Of a DNA stretch of 64,000 nt, positions 38,028 through 50,321 are shown piece after piece. The stretch spans positions 28,026,001-28,090,000 of the forward strand of contig NC_086109.1 in assembly GCF_963921235.1 (NCBI RefSeq), written 5' to 3'. The translations under genes were made by a program, and so were the position numbers. Every line of letters begins with the position of its first letter. Position 1 is the first letter of the stretch. The notes beneath the pieces are model-generated. The model ran no database searches and had not been told where the DNA came from. It worked only from the letters and a program-made list of their open reading frames with translations. This DNA comes from Mobula hypostoma. Taxonomy: Eukaryota.

Positions 38028-39701
38028 TTTAGCAGTAACAAAGCACAGTATGGTTTTGCCACACCCACCATTACTTTAGGATAAGATGAACTGGAATCTG
38101 GATTTAATATCACAAAATTAATATCCACGATCAAGTAAAGCACCATTACTAATATGTTCTCTGGCTCACTCTCAGAATACATAGCAATCATTGCTTTAAA
38201 ATTACAATATTCCTTTTGTCACACATATGATTTTGAAGTTAAATAGTTGCTTCAAGATATTTAAAGAGAACTTGATTATCAAACAAATTGGGACAAATAA
38301 AAAAAATACGTATAAGTAAAATCTAAGATAAAGTTCAGGCAGTTAAACTGGTAAGTTTGTAAGTTACTGATGGTCACACAATTGGGTGTAGTTTGACATT
38401 AAGCAAGCCGTGATCAAATGTTGATGGATTATGCTGAAAATAATGAACTTTTCCTACTGTGGAAAAGACATCAGAAAATGTCAGTTCGGGTAATCACCTC
38501 ATATTTTGTTTTCAGTTTAGATTACTATGGTACTATTTTCATGTACAGATTTACAAACTAATAGAAGCTTCATTCAAAATGCCCCCAGAAGATACCATAA
38601 AGCTGGACAAAAGTACAACTTCTTATCTGTCAGTATTTCAAAAAGTAATTCAGCCCTTGTTGCGAGATTTAAAAGCGCCATTTCTGAGTATGTGACAAAT
38701 CATGTGGACAGCTTGACTGATAATACTGAACAGTTCAGTTTATTAACTCCCCTAGAGGCAAATGAAACAGTTTATTAATCCTTTAGTTTTGGATGTAACA
38801 TTGCACTTATTCATCAGGGTGTTGCAATTTCTTTATAAGGTTAAAAATTAATTTTGCTTGCTCCAAGAAAACAGACTAATGTTTAAAGTTGGACCTGCAG
38901 TTATGGTACATTTACGTTAAAAAATAACTGATTATCCAAACTGTTAACAAATGTCGAATTATAATCAAGCATTGTTTCAGTGGGATAGATGGCAGAGGAT
39001 AATTATATCACAATGCAGAGGTTTAATTGAGTCATTGCTTTAAAGCACATTTCCTCTTAGAGTTTCCTATATCCCTTGCCCTCTGACAAGAATAATCAGC
39101 CCTGTTAGACATTTTAACAGTCTTGTGTGGCTGGATCTCAAAAGTTTACAGCATTAACTCCAGAACCACAAGGGCTTACATTTTCAGTCAAGCCAAGTCT
39201 TAACAAAACTGAAGGCCCTTTCCACTCCAGCATCTATCTTGCTTGATACTTACTGCTTGAGCATTAATGCTAATATGAAGGTATTCTTTCAAAATACTTA
39301 CAGCGCTTGACGTAAACATTATAAAACGATGGGCTCCTTCCTACTCCAACACCTACCTTGCTTATTTAATTTACTGCTTGAGCATTAATGCCAGTATTGG
39401 TTCAAAGTGCTCATGACAAGTTTCTACCGATGATGAAAATCACCGTAAAAGTATGAGTTGTTGTACAAAGTGGCTTCGAGGGGATGTGGAAAAGATGGTG
39501 AGCATAACATGGTAGATGGATTACAATGTACAGAAGTGCAGAGTATGTTCTGGTTATTGTGAGATTTAGGAAATAATGCTATTCAAAGGGACCCAGTTGT
39601 CCATGCACAGAAATCGCAGAGATCACTAACATGAAGTGCAGCAGGCATTTGGGAAAGGAAATGATACAATGCACCTTTACTCTCAGAGGACTTGAGTACA
39701 A

Positions 39702-39955
39702 GCCATGGTAGCATAGCCAGAGTTTGGAGTTCAATTCCGATTTCATTTGTGATGAGTCTGTAGGTCGTCCCCATGGAATGCGTGGGTTTCCTTCAGGTGC
39801 TCTGGTTTCCTCCCAAGTCCAAAGACATACGGGTTAGTAGGTTAACTGGTCATTTTAAATTGTCTTGCGATAGGCTAGGGTTAAGTCGGGTTGCTAGGCA
39901 GTGCAGTTCAAAAAAGCTGGGAAGAATGTCCACACTGATCTCAACATATAAATAA
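39702..39955 (+). mobile_element. V-SINE inserted in a CR1 remnant
   Basis: GTTCAATTCC..GCGTGGGTTTCC..GGTTTCCTCCC..GTCCAAAGAC..GGTTAGTAGGTTAA. Confidence 0.75.
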
Positions 39956-40929
39956 CACAAGCATGAAGGCGTTTTCCTACAGTTATATTGGATTCTATAT
40001 AACAGCTATATGATCATATAGTATATACCTGGACTCCTGTGAGTTTCTTCAGTGTCCTAACCAAAAGAACTATCTACTTGTTGTAGATGGAGTACAGAGA
40101 AGATTCATCAGTCTGGTTGCTGAGAAAGTGCATGAATGACCACTGAGAACCAAGAACGCATGAAGGCTTGTCAAAGACAGGAGCCAGTAGATAGAGGAAG
40201 AACTCATCGATCAAGATTTCAGCCTTAATGCAGACATCCATGACTCATTACCAAAGTAAACTATCTTGCCGAGTCTCACTGTGTCCCCAATCAGCCACAG
40301 TTTGAAAAGACTACACATTCAATCAAGGTTTTGAGAGGAGGGTGAGTCCATTCTTGACTTCTAAAATTTGGCAGATAGAACATGTCCACAGCCTCCTCTC
40401 CGATATCAGGGAAAAGAAGGACATATCACAAAGACTTAAGAGTCACAGTATTGTGATCATCTTCAATAAAGCAAACAGACCTGCTAAGAATGGTGTTCCA
40501 TGATGTTGTGCAAAGAGTAAAAATAGGCATGAAATTTTCCATTAAACTGACCCGATAGAGGTCAAGATACCTTTTCATTCACCTTCAGAGATTAAATGCA
40601 AGAGGCTGAATACTTTATACTTTATTGTCGTCAAACAATTGATACTAGAACGTACAATCATCACAGCGATATTTGATTCTGCGCTTCACATTCCCTGGAA
40701 TATTCAAAGAAATCGAAAATTGTGCCAATCAACTTTAAAGAAACAGACTAAAAGATAAACTTCACCAGATGAGCCAATATTGCATCCAATCACTAAATTC
40801 TTTCAAAAAAAACTACACACTGTCACCCAGTGGCCTCATAAATCATTACATGGTCCATTCAAAGCCACAGAGCCACCATGTGGCCAGATGCCATATTTAC
40901 AATTAATACAATAACATTTTTGACTTAAT

Positions 40930-41485
40930 AACTGCAGGAGCACCATTGAGAGCATCCTGACAAGTTGCATCTCCATCTGGTATGGGAGCTGCTGAGCATT
41001 GGACGGGAAGTCCCTACAAAGGACTGTAAGAACAGCTGAGAGGATCATAGGGGTCTCCCTACCATTCACTGGGGACATTTATCTGGGGCACACTGTACAC
41101 AGGGCCCTAAGTATTATTAAAGATCCGACCCATCCATCCAGCATCTTCTTTGTCTTTCTACCGTCAGACAGGAGACTCCGATGCATAAAAACAAGAATGG
41201 TCAGGATGGGAAACAGTTTCTTCCCTCAGGTTATTAGTCTTCTGAACTCCCTGCTCCTTCACTTTCAAAGTGTCGCTGGTTAATCTGTTCCGTAGGTTAC
41301 AATATTAAATTAATGCTCTTTAGTTTGTTATTTATGCATGATTAATCTGTAGATTTTATCCTTACCTTCATAAGTTATCATGTTTTATATGTACTATTGT
41401 GCTTTGCACTCTGATTCGGAGAAACATTGTCTCATTTCTATATACATTATATGATTAGTTATATATATGTATATAGTTAAATGCA
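40930..41485 (+). mobile_element. Rex1/Babar-type LINE 3' end
   Basis: LQRTVRTAERIIG..IIKDPTHPS..NSFFPQVISLLN; AATAAA then (CTTGA)n. Confidence 0.82.
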
Positions 41486-43292
41486 ATAAACTTGACTTGA
41501 CTTGATAATGAAAAACATAGGGACCAAAAACACATTCTCACATGAAATTGGATGTTGCAGATGGAATATGTGCACGACATGATATTTGAGGTCTATATAT
41601 GTCTGGAAATATCAGCTCAATGCTGACCAATTTCTGGACAAGATTAATTTCATACAAATTTAAGGATTTATAAAATGATTGTTATCCCCCAGAATATGAA
41701 AAATGTTGAGAAGTGAAGATGGGGTAATTACATTCACCAGACCTACGCTTGCCTAGCTACTGCTACCTTTTGTGACATTTTCAGTTTTATTTCAAAATAC
41801 ATTTCTTCAAGTTCAAAGTATAATTATTATCAAAGTATGTATAAATCATGCAACCTTGAGATTCATCTGCTTACAGGCAGCCACAAAGCAAGAAACCCGA
41901 AAGAAACCCAACTAAAAAAAAGATCAACACCCAATGAGCAGAGAGAGAAGAGAAACACTAATGGTGCAAACAATAAAAGCAAGCAACAGCATTCAGAAAG
42001 AAAGTGAGTCCATAGACACAAAGCCCAGAGCGGCCAGAGCAGGATACAGCCTCAGCCTCAGTGCTGAGGAGTGGAGTAAACATCATGGAACAGCAAGCAG
42101 AACCAGCCCAATCCTCGCCTCTGGTCCCAACACCCTGCCTTTTCAGTCCATCAGGCCCGGCATTTAATTTGTCCAAACAACAGGTCGCCCTACACACTGG
42201 GACTCGGGCACTGCCGCATGAACACGCTCTGGACCTGGACCTCACCGCCACAATCTAGCCCATTCCCGACCTTTCCAAATCGGCCTGGAGCTTATTCTCA
42301 TCTTACCTCTCTCCCAGTTTAAGTAGACAAGCTCTGAATCTTCTCTGCTCCAACTCCATCTTGAACATGCCTTGACCTCACTCAAACATTGCATTACAAC
42401 CACACGCATGGACCCTGGAGTCCGCCTCACCTTTGCTCACCTTTCTATTGTTTACGGTGATAGTTTACCACAATTTTCCACAGAGAAAGTGTTAATAATG
42501 AAGTATTTGGTTGCTTTATGAACTGCCAGTAAGCTGTTGCCCATCTTCAGTAGCACCATCTTAAATTGGAAGATATTTATTTGACATTATATGTCCATTA
42601 TTTCTTAAATCTCTGCAACACAGGACTATGACCTCATCTGGCAGATTTCACATCTGCTTTGACAATGCCTCTCATAATAAATAAATAAATAAATTATATA
42701 TGTTGATACCAGGAACTCTTAGTTTGTCCCTTTGCTTCTGATCCTACAGTGAAAAAAATCCAAGTTTATCCAACCATTCAGAGTTAATATGCTCTGGTAA
42801 ACTTGGTCTGCACCCTTTCCAAAGTCTTCGTATCTGGACTTGCTTCTCAAGATCCCTCTTTGCATCAGTGCTCCTAAGGGTGCTGCAATTGTTTGCCTGC
42901 TGTACTCTTGTATTTTACCTTCCAAAATGCAATACCTCATATTTGTCTGGATTAAACTCCACCTGCCATTTCTCTGTCAAAATTTTCAACTGATCCATAT
43001 CTTGCTATTTACAATCTCACTGTTTTTATATCTTCTGCAAACTTACTCATAAGACCACCTGCATTTTCACCCAAATCATGAATATACATTGTAAACTGCT
43101 CTTCTCACTTTACACATATGACTGTGTGGCTAAGTACAGCTCCATACAACACCATATACAAGTCCGCTGATGACACTACTGTTGTGGGCCGGATCTGCTG
43201 CTTTTTCTGATCCTATGCATTGGTGCCTCTATACCAAATGGTGTTGGCAATCAGTCAGAATGCTTGCCAGGATACATCTGTAAATGTATGCT

Positions 43293-43646
43293 TTACACGC
43301 TAGAGGCAGGAAACATGTTCCCAATGTTGGGGGAGTCCAGAACCAGAGGCCACAGTTTAAGAATAAGGGGTAGACAATTTAGAACGGAGTTGAGGATAAG
43401 CTTTTTCACACAGAAGGTTGTGGTTCTGCGGAATGCTCTGCCTCAGAAGGCAGTGGAGGCCAATTCTCTGGATTCTTTCAAGAAAGAGTTAGATAGAGCT
43501 CTTAAAAAATAGCAGAGTCAAGGGATATGGGGAGAAGGCAGGAAGAAGGTACCGATTGTGGATGATCAGCCACGATCACAGTGAATGGCGGTGCTGGCTC
43601 AAAGGGCTGAATGGCCTACTCCTGCACCTATTGTCTATTGTCTATT
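43293..43646 (+). mobile_element. CR1 LINE 3' end
   Basis: MFPMLGESRTRGHSLRIRG..FFTQKVV..NALP; TATTGTC repeat tail. Confidence 0.85.
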
Positions 43647-43682
43647 ATATCTTTGATGACATACTAAATCTCCTCAAACTCT

Positions 43683-44588
43683 TGTGACGAAAGTGCACAT
43701 AGACTAAGATGTTGACTGTCCTGTGCTATCACCAGTGGGATCAACAGTTGATCTGCCACCTGTCTTCAGGAGAGAGATAAGTAAGACAATGGAGCAGCAT
43801 TTGGAAATGTTAATGAAGAGACGAGAGAGATTAATGGAAGGAGACACCGGTCTGCGTATTGTCAAGACTGGTTTGCTTTGAACCTGAACTGTTTGAAGTG
43901 ATGGACAGGCGATACCCCAGCAGGGGGATAAAAAGGGACGGGTTCGCTAAGGCAAGAGACACCACACGAGACACCACACAAGACACCACTCACGAAACCA
44001 CGAGGTATTGAGACCCTGGAAGCGGTGCGCCCCCACAAGTCAGTGGGAGTTTTGGAGGGCTGGTCACGGGACCAGCCATAGACGCACAGGGTGGAAAGAT
44101 TCGGTCGGCGGGAACCTGGTGTGTGTGTCCACCCTTGCCTGGGTGCCGGGTTCACCGCAGAGGAACGATCGTATCCGGAACGGAGGGGTCACAGTCGGTG
44201 ACCTCAGAAGACATTACAAAGGGCTCGCCCGAAAGCTAACTGCGAGAAATATCAAAGGTCTGTTGAATCCGATTTTGAATATCAGCATTCGCTCTCTCTC
44301 TCTTTCTCTTCAACAGCAACGATTGCTGCGAACTGAACTAAACTGAATTCTGTCACTTGTGATTGAACATTTTACCCCTAGACTGCGATACAGCTTGATT
44401 GATCCTATTATCCTAGTTCTGTGTACACGTGTGTTTATTCAGTGCTAACCTGTTGCATTTATATCCTTACTATTAGAGTACTGTGTTGCTTATTTCTTTA
44501 ATAAAACTGTCTTAGTTCCAGTAATCCAGACTCCAACTGAGTAATCCCTTTCTGTTGGTTTGGCAACCCAGTTATGGGGTACGTAACA
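43683..44588 (+). repeat. 5' LTR (906 bp)
   Basis: Starts TGTGACGAAAG, ends TACGTAACA; AATAAA at 44500-44505; short internal GAGACACCACAC repeats; near-identical to 49410-50321. Confidence 0.95.
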
Positions 44589-44592
44589 TAAG

Positions 44593-44618
44593 TGGGGTTC
44601 TCGTCCGCGATTTTGAAC
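44593..44618 (+). other. Primer binding site, tRNA-Pro-like
   Basis: TGGGGTTCTCGTCCGCGATTTTGAAC, 4 nt after the 5' LTR, resembles TGGGGGCTCGTCCGGGATTTGAAC (complement of the tRNA-Pro 3' end) with mismatches. Confidence 0.75.
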
Positions 44619-44686
44619 GCTAAATTTGGGATGGGTAAATTGATTGGGTTAAAATTCCTGAAAGAAAGAAAAGGCAAACAGCAGAA

Positions 44687-45926
44687 ATGGAGATTGAGGA
44701 ATTTCTAAAGGCTCCGACCTTGGAGGCATTAGAGGATGCCAGGAAAGCGGAATTGGCAGCTGTGGCCAAACGGTTGAATCTTGTTAAGGGGAAGTCGACA
44801 ATGAGGAGAGAGGAGATGCACAGAGCTATCATAGAGCACTATGTATCTAAAGGTATATTTCCCCAAGGGGAGCTGGAGGTGATATCTATTGGAAAACCTA
44901 GTGGAGACGCAGTACAGGTGCAGCTTGAAAAACTGAGACTCGAGCACGAATTCCGGGTATGGCAGCTAGAACACGAAGAGAAAGAGAAACAGTTAGAACG
45001 GCAGGAGAGAGAGAAAGAGAGGCAGTTGGAGCGAGAAGAGAGGCAGTTAGAGCGAGAAGAGAGGCAGTTGGAGCGAGAGGAGAAACAGAGGGAAAGGGAA
45101 TTCGAACTGGAAAGGTTAAAGATAAGGGCAGAACAGGGACCCATGCCGGACCAAGGTGGAGGGTTCAGGGCGACCCAGGAGGTTAGGCTGGTTCCCCCAT
45201 TTGACGATACCGATGTGGATCGGTACTTCCCCATTTCGAAAAAGTTGCTGCAAGTCAGGACTGGCCGAGGGATAAGTGGGCTGTTTTGCTTCAGAGTGTA
45301 CTTAAAGGAAAAGCCCAACAAGCTTACTCAGCTTTGTCCGTGGAAGATGCCCAGAGGTATGAGGTGGTGAAAGAGGCCATCCTCAGGATTTATGAGTTGG
45401 TCCCGGAGGCATACCGGCAGAGGTTCTGGAATGCGAGGAAGCAGTGGGACCACACATATTTAGAGTTTGCCCGTGAGATGCAGACATATTGTGAGTGTTG
45501 GTGCGCCTCGAAGGGGGTAAGTGGGGTTATGACAGACTGCTACAGCTGATCCTGATTGAGCAGTTTAAAGGTTGTGTCCCTAAGGGTATGAGACCCTACC
45601 TAGATGAGAAAGAGGCAGCCACGTTAGCCGCAACTGCTAAGTTAGCGGATGAGTACGCGTTGACGCATAAAATGAAGTTTTCCCCGAGTACAGGCTACCA
45701 GAAGGGTAGTCAGGACGGCGGGGAGAGTCCGCCAGAAAAGTCAGAAAGTAAGCTGGGGACTAGTGAGAAGGATAAGGTAGACCGGGAGCAGTCTGGCAGG
45801 AAGTCTCCTGGGGTCGTCTGTTATAATTGTGGGAAAGTCGGACACTTTGCGTCCAGGTGCTTTGCCCCAAAGAAGGAGACGGGAAAAGGAAAGGCGGCGA
45901 TTCCGACGGCTGTATTGAGCTGGTAA
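44687..45926 (+). pseudogene. gag (coiled coil, SCAN-like capsid, CCHC zinc knuckle), split by frameshifts
   Basis: ORFs 44687-45370, 45286-45549 and 45495-45926 join into VRLVPPFD..YF/HFEKVA..W..LLQSVLKGKAQQAY..YEVVKEAIL..PEAYRQRF..LILIEQF..AKLADEY, then CYNCGKVGHFASRC. Confidence 0.88.
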
Positions 45927-47995
45927 ACGAACCGCCATGGGAGGAGAGGTCTGATAAAGTTCAGGAAGGGCGCGAGAGGTTTATCTCGGCTGGATTGGTG
46001 TCGGTGAAGGAGGGGTTAAACCCAGTTCCTGTGCGGATCTGGAGAGACACGGGAGCTTGTCAGTCACTGATCTTGAGGAGTGTTTTAGACTTTAGTTCAG
46101 AGACCAGGACTGGGGAGGTCAGTGTGATCAAAGGCATTGGAAAAGGGACTGAAGTAGTGCCTTTGCACCAGATACACCTACAAAGCGACTTGGTCTCCGG
46201 ACCAGTCATGATAGGGGTGAGACCCGAACTACCGATGAAAGACGTGGAAGTCTTACTCGGTAATGACCTCGCGGGGGGAATTGTGTTCCCAGCAGAGAGA
46301 TTGACAAACCAGCCTGCCAGCATTGAGGCCCCGCCCATGGACTCACAGGTTTATCCCGTCTGCGCAGTGACTCGGTGTATGTCCAGAAAGGCTGCAGAGG
46401 CTGATATAAAGTTAGCTGAGACGTTTCTACCAGCCTTGTACCAGGGGGAGGTAGAAAGTGGAAAGAAGGAGTGTAGTAAAACAGGAGGAAGTGAGGGAGC
46501 TGAGGCAGACTTAGCATTAGCCAGGAAGGACTTTATACAGGCACAGGAGCGAGACGAGGAGCTGATGGTTTTGGCGGAGACAGCTCTCTCTGACGCAGAA
46601 TTAAAAAGGGAGCCAGTAGGCTATTATGTGAAGGAGGGAGTACTAATGAGAGAATGGGGACCATGTACTGTGCCCGCAGATGAGGAATGGAGAGTTGTAC
46701 ACCAGGTGGTAGTGCCAAAAATTTATAGGGGCGAGATTTTTAACCTGGCCCACAAGGTACCCCTCGGTGGACATTTTGGGGTGAGGAAGACAGTCGACAG
46801 AATTACGAAAGAGTTTTACTGGGCAAACATGAGGAGAGATATTGTTGAATATTGTAGGAGATGTCATTTATGTCAGGTGGTAGGAAAGCCAAATCAGGTC
46901 CTGCCAAAAGTGCCCCTTCGACCGATACCCGCTTTCAGGGAACCTTTTCCTCGAATAATTGTGGATTTTGTCAGTCCACTGCCCAGAACTGCAAGTGGGC
47001 GAGAGTATGTGATGACTATGATGTGCGCCGCCACCAGGTTTTCGAAGGCTGTGCCCCTGGCAAGCGTCAAGGCTCCCGCAGTGGTAAAGGCACTTGTGAA
47101 ATTTTTCACTACGGTGGGGCTGCCCAGGGAAATCCAGTCAGATCAGGGGAGTGTCTTCACATCTCACACCTTCCGACGGATGTTGGAAGAGATGGGAGCA
47201 AAGCAGATTTTGGCTTCCGCGTACCACCCAGAGTCACAAGGGGCGTTGGAACGATTCCACGCCACATTAAAGACCATGATTAAAATTTACTGTCAAGAAA
47301 ACGCTAGGAGCTGGGATGATGCTTTGCCCCTCCTCTTATTTGCCATGAGGGACACGGTTCAAGAGTCATTGGGGTTCAGCCCATTCGAGCTCGTCTTCGG
47401 TCATCGGCCCAGAGGACCCCTGACCTTACTAAAAGAGCAATGCTCCAGTCCGGCAGTCCAAGTTAATGTGATTGATCATGTTTTAAAATTTCGTGAGAGG
47501 CTTGAAAGGATCTGTGACCTTGCCAAAGAAAATCTACGATACTCCCAAACTAAAATGAAACAATGGTATGATAGGCATGCCTGCGAAAAAGTGTTCCAAG
47601 TGGGCGATCGGGTCTTAGTTCTGTTCCCAGTGGTAGCCAACCTCCTCCAGGCTAAATTCCACGGTCCATACAAGGTAATTAAAAAGATAGACCCTTTGAA
47701 TTATGTTATCGAAATGCCGGACAGGCGTAAACCCACACAGTTGGTACACATTAACATGTTAAAAGCCTACCACGATCAGAAAGAAAACCTGGTTGGTGTT
47801 ATCACGGAAATTAATGAGACTGGGGTGTCGAATGATACGGGGAAAACCCATCTTGAAAAGATAAATATGGTGCCGACCCGATTGGAGAATTCTATTGTTC
47901 TGGCTAATTTTGCTGATAAGGTCTCTCACCTAACCCCCAAACAAAGCGGGCCATTGATAAAGCTAATTAACCGGCATGCAGGACTGATGTCCTGA
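45827..47995 (+). CDS. pol part 1: aspartic protease plus integrase (722-aa open frame)
   Basis: RDTGACQSL protease motif; HKVPLGGH..CRRCHLC zinc finger; catalytic D (IVDFV), D (SDQG) and E (ALERF) with D-35-E spacing; FHGPYKV (GPY/F) motif. Confidence 0.92.
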   Translation: MWESRTLCVQVLCPKEGDGKRKGGDSDGCIELVNEPPWEERSDKVQEGRERFISAGLVSVKEGLNPVPVRIWRDTGACQSLILRSVLDFSSETRTGEVSVIKGIGKGTEVVPLHQIHLQSDLVSGPVMIGVRPELPMKDVEVLLGNDLAGGIVFPAERLTNQPASIEAPPMDSQVYPVCAVTRCMSRKAAEADIKLAETFLPALYQGEVESGKKECSKTGGSEGAEADLALARKDFIQAQERDEELMVLAETALSDAELKREPVGYYVKEGVLMREWGPCTVPADEEWRVVHQVVVPKIYRGEIFNLAHKVPLGGHFGVRKTVDRITKEFYWANMRRDIVEYCRRCHLCQVVGKPNQVLPKVPLRPIPAFREPFPRIIVDFVSPLPRTASGREYVMTMMCAATRFSKAVPLASVKAPAVVKALVKFFTTVGLPREIQSDQGSVFTSHTFRRMLEEMGAKQILASAYHPESQGALERFHATLKTMIKIYCQENARSWDDALPLLLFAMRDTVQESLGFSPFELVFGHRPRGPLTLLKEQCSSPAVQVNVIDHVLKFRERLERICDLAKENLRYSQTKMKQWYDRHACEKVFQVGDRVLVLFPVVANLLQAKFHGPYKVIKKIDPLNYVIEMPDRRKPTQLVHINMLKAYHDQKENLVGVITEINETGVSNDTGKTHLEKINMVPTRLENSIVLANFADKVSHLTPKQSGPLIKLINRHAGLMS

Positions 47996-48009
47996 GGCAA
48001 TGTAAAGGG

Positions 48010-49297
48010 ATGGTGCATGATGTTGTGGTCACCTCAGACCAGCCTATTAAACAACACCCCTATAGGACAAATTTGGAGAAAGGCAAGCTAGTGGAGAAAG
48101 AGATTGAGTACATGCTAGCCACAGATATTATTAGGCCATCCAAGTCGGAATGGGCGTCCCCCTGTGTGGTTGTCCCGAAAGCTGATGGGAGCATCCGATT
48201 CTGTACAGATTACAGAAAGGTGAACGCCATCACGAAAACTGATGCTTACCCCATCCCAAGGGTAGATGATTGCATCGATAAAGTGGGGAGAGCTACGTAC
48301 ATCACGAAGATCGATTTTCTGAAAGGGTACTGGTGTGTGCCTTTAACCGACCGGGCTAGAGAGATCTCAGCATTTGTCACTCCCTCCGGTTCATACGAGT
48401 ATAATGTTCTACCTTTTGGCATGAAAAACACCTCAGGGACCTTCCAGAGGATGATTAATTCAGTAATAAAGGGACTAAGGAACACAGAAGCATATATTGA
48501 TGATTTAGTGGTCTGGAGTGACACATGGGAGGAGCACATTGTGGCGGTAGAGGAGCTATTTAAACAGCTGTCTGAAGCCACCCTGACAGTGAATCTTGCA
48601 AAAAGTGAGTTCGGCCACGCAAAGGTCACTTATCTAGGATTTGTGGTAGGACAGGGGCAGCTGGCTCCGATGCAGGCTAAGGTGTGGGCTATCTTGGAGG
48701 TCCCCCCCCCCGATAGACAAGAGAGCTCTGAGAAGGTTCTTGGGGATGGTGGGATACTATAGGAAGTTTTGCAAAAACTTTGCGGACATTGCCCTCGCTC
48801 TTACTAAGCTTTTGCCAAAGAATGCGAAGTTTGTGTGGAACGACCTTTGTCAACAGGCCTTCGAGAGTCTGAAGGCGATTCTGTGTCACCATCCTGTGCT
48901 AAATGCACCTGATTTTTCAAAACCCTTCTCCCTAGCAACAGATGCTAGCGACGAAGCTGCCGGGGTGGTGCTGTTGCAGACAGACAAAGAGGGGGTTGAG
49001 CACCCAGTCGCTTACTTCTCCAAGAAATTTAATATCCATCAGAGAAATTATTCCACTGTGGAAAAGGAGCTACTGGCCATCATACTAGCATTACAATATT
49101 TTGAAGTTTATGTTTGCCCGGCATGGAAACCACTGGTAATTTACACTGACCACAACCCATTAGTGTTTTTGGCCACTATGAAAGATAAAAACAAAAGATT
49201 GCTAAGTTGGAGTCTGGTGCTACAGGAATTTGATATAAAAATTACACATATAAAAGGAACGGAAAATGTGATTGCTGACTGTCTGTCAAGGTGTTGA
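48010..49297 (+). pseudogene. pol part 2: reverse transcriptase plus RNase H, frameshifted near 48701-48711
   Basis: SPCVVVPK..RFCTDYRKVN, KIDFLKGYW, PFGMKN, AYIDD; RNase H motifs TDAS, EKELLAI, TDH, ADCLSR. Confidence 0.92.
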
Positions 49298-49397
49298 CAA
49301 CTTAAAATTCTCTGTATTAGCCAAATAGCTGATGAAGATGTATATTTGTGTGTATCTAATAATGTATTCATGCTTGTAATTTTTACCCTTTATCCTT

Positions 49398-49409
49398 AAA
49401 GGGGAGGGG
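49398..49409 (+). other. Polypurine tract
   Basis: AAAGGGGAGGGG immediately before the 3' LTR. Confidence 0.85.
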
Positions 49410-50321
49410 TGTGACGAAAGTACACATAGACTAAGATGTTGACTGTCCTGTGCTATCACCAGTGGGATCAACAGTTGATCTGCCACCTGTCTTCAGGAGA
49501 GAGATAAGTAAGACAATGGAGCAGCATTTGGAAATGTTAATGAAGAGACGAGAGAGTTTAACGGAAGGATACACTGGTCTGCGTATTGTCAAGACTGGTT
49601 TGCTTTGAACCTGAACTGTTTGAAGTGATGGACAGGTGATACCCCAACAGGGGGATAAAAAGGGACGGGTTCGCTAAGGCAAGAGACACCACACGAGACA
49701 CCACACAAGACACCACTCACGACACCACGGGGTATTGAGACCCTGGAAGCGGTGCGCCCCCACAAGTCGGTGGGAGTTTTGGAGGGCTGGTCGCGGGACC
49801 AGCCATAGACGCACAGGGTGGAAAGATTCGGTTGGCGGGAACCTGGTGTGTGTGTCCACCCTTGCCTGGGTGCCGGGTTCACCGCAGAGGAACGATCGTA
49901 TCTGAAAATGGAGGGGTCACAGTCAGTGACCTCAGAAGACATTACAAAGGGCTTGCCCGAAAGCTAACTGCGAGAAATATCAAAGGTCTGTTGAATCCGA
50001 TTTTGAATATCAGCATTCGCTCTCTCTCTCTCTCTCTTCAACGGCACAACAACGATTGCTGCGAACTGAACTAAACTGAATTCTGTCACTTGTGATTGAA
50101 CATTTTACCCCTAGACTGCGATAGAGCTTGATTGATCCTATTATCCTAGTTCTGTGTACATGTGTGTTTATTCAGTGCTAACCTGTTGCATTTATATCCT
50201 TACTATTAGAGTACTGTGTTGCTTATTTCTTTAATAAAACTTTCTTAGTTCCAGTAATCCAGACTCCAACTGAGTGATCCATTTCTGCTGGTTTGTCAAC
50301 CCAGTTACGGGGTACGTAACA
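49410..50321 (+). repeat. 3' LTR (912 bp)
   Basis: Same termini as the 5' LTR; by-eye comparison gives about 25 substitutions plus small indels. Confidence 0.95.

Larger units (their letters stand above)
43683..50321 (+). mobile_element. Full-length Gmr1-like (Ty3/gypsy) LTR retrotransposon, frameshifted
   Basis: Two ~0.9-kb TG...CA direct repeats, CTCT target duplication (43679-43682 / 50322-50325), primer binding site, polypurine tract, and gag-PR-IN-RT-RH domains in that order. Confidence 0.96.

Noticed and set aside
39213..39400. Diverged ~120-bp tandem duplication containing TTACTGCTTGAGCATTAATGC twice (also a 21-bp duplication at 12663/12700)
   Set aside because: Real but two-copy, with no sign of function.
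43862..44346. ORFs inside the LTRs (also 49589-50074)
   Set aside because: No recognisable domain; they recur only because the LTR is duplicated.
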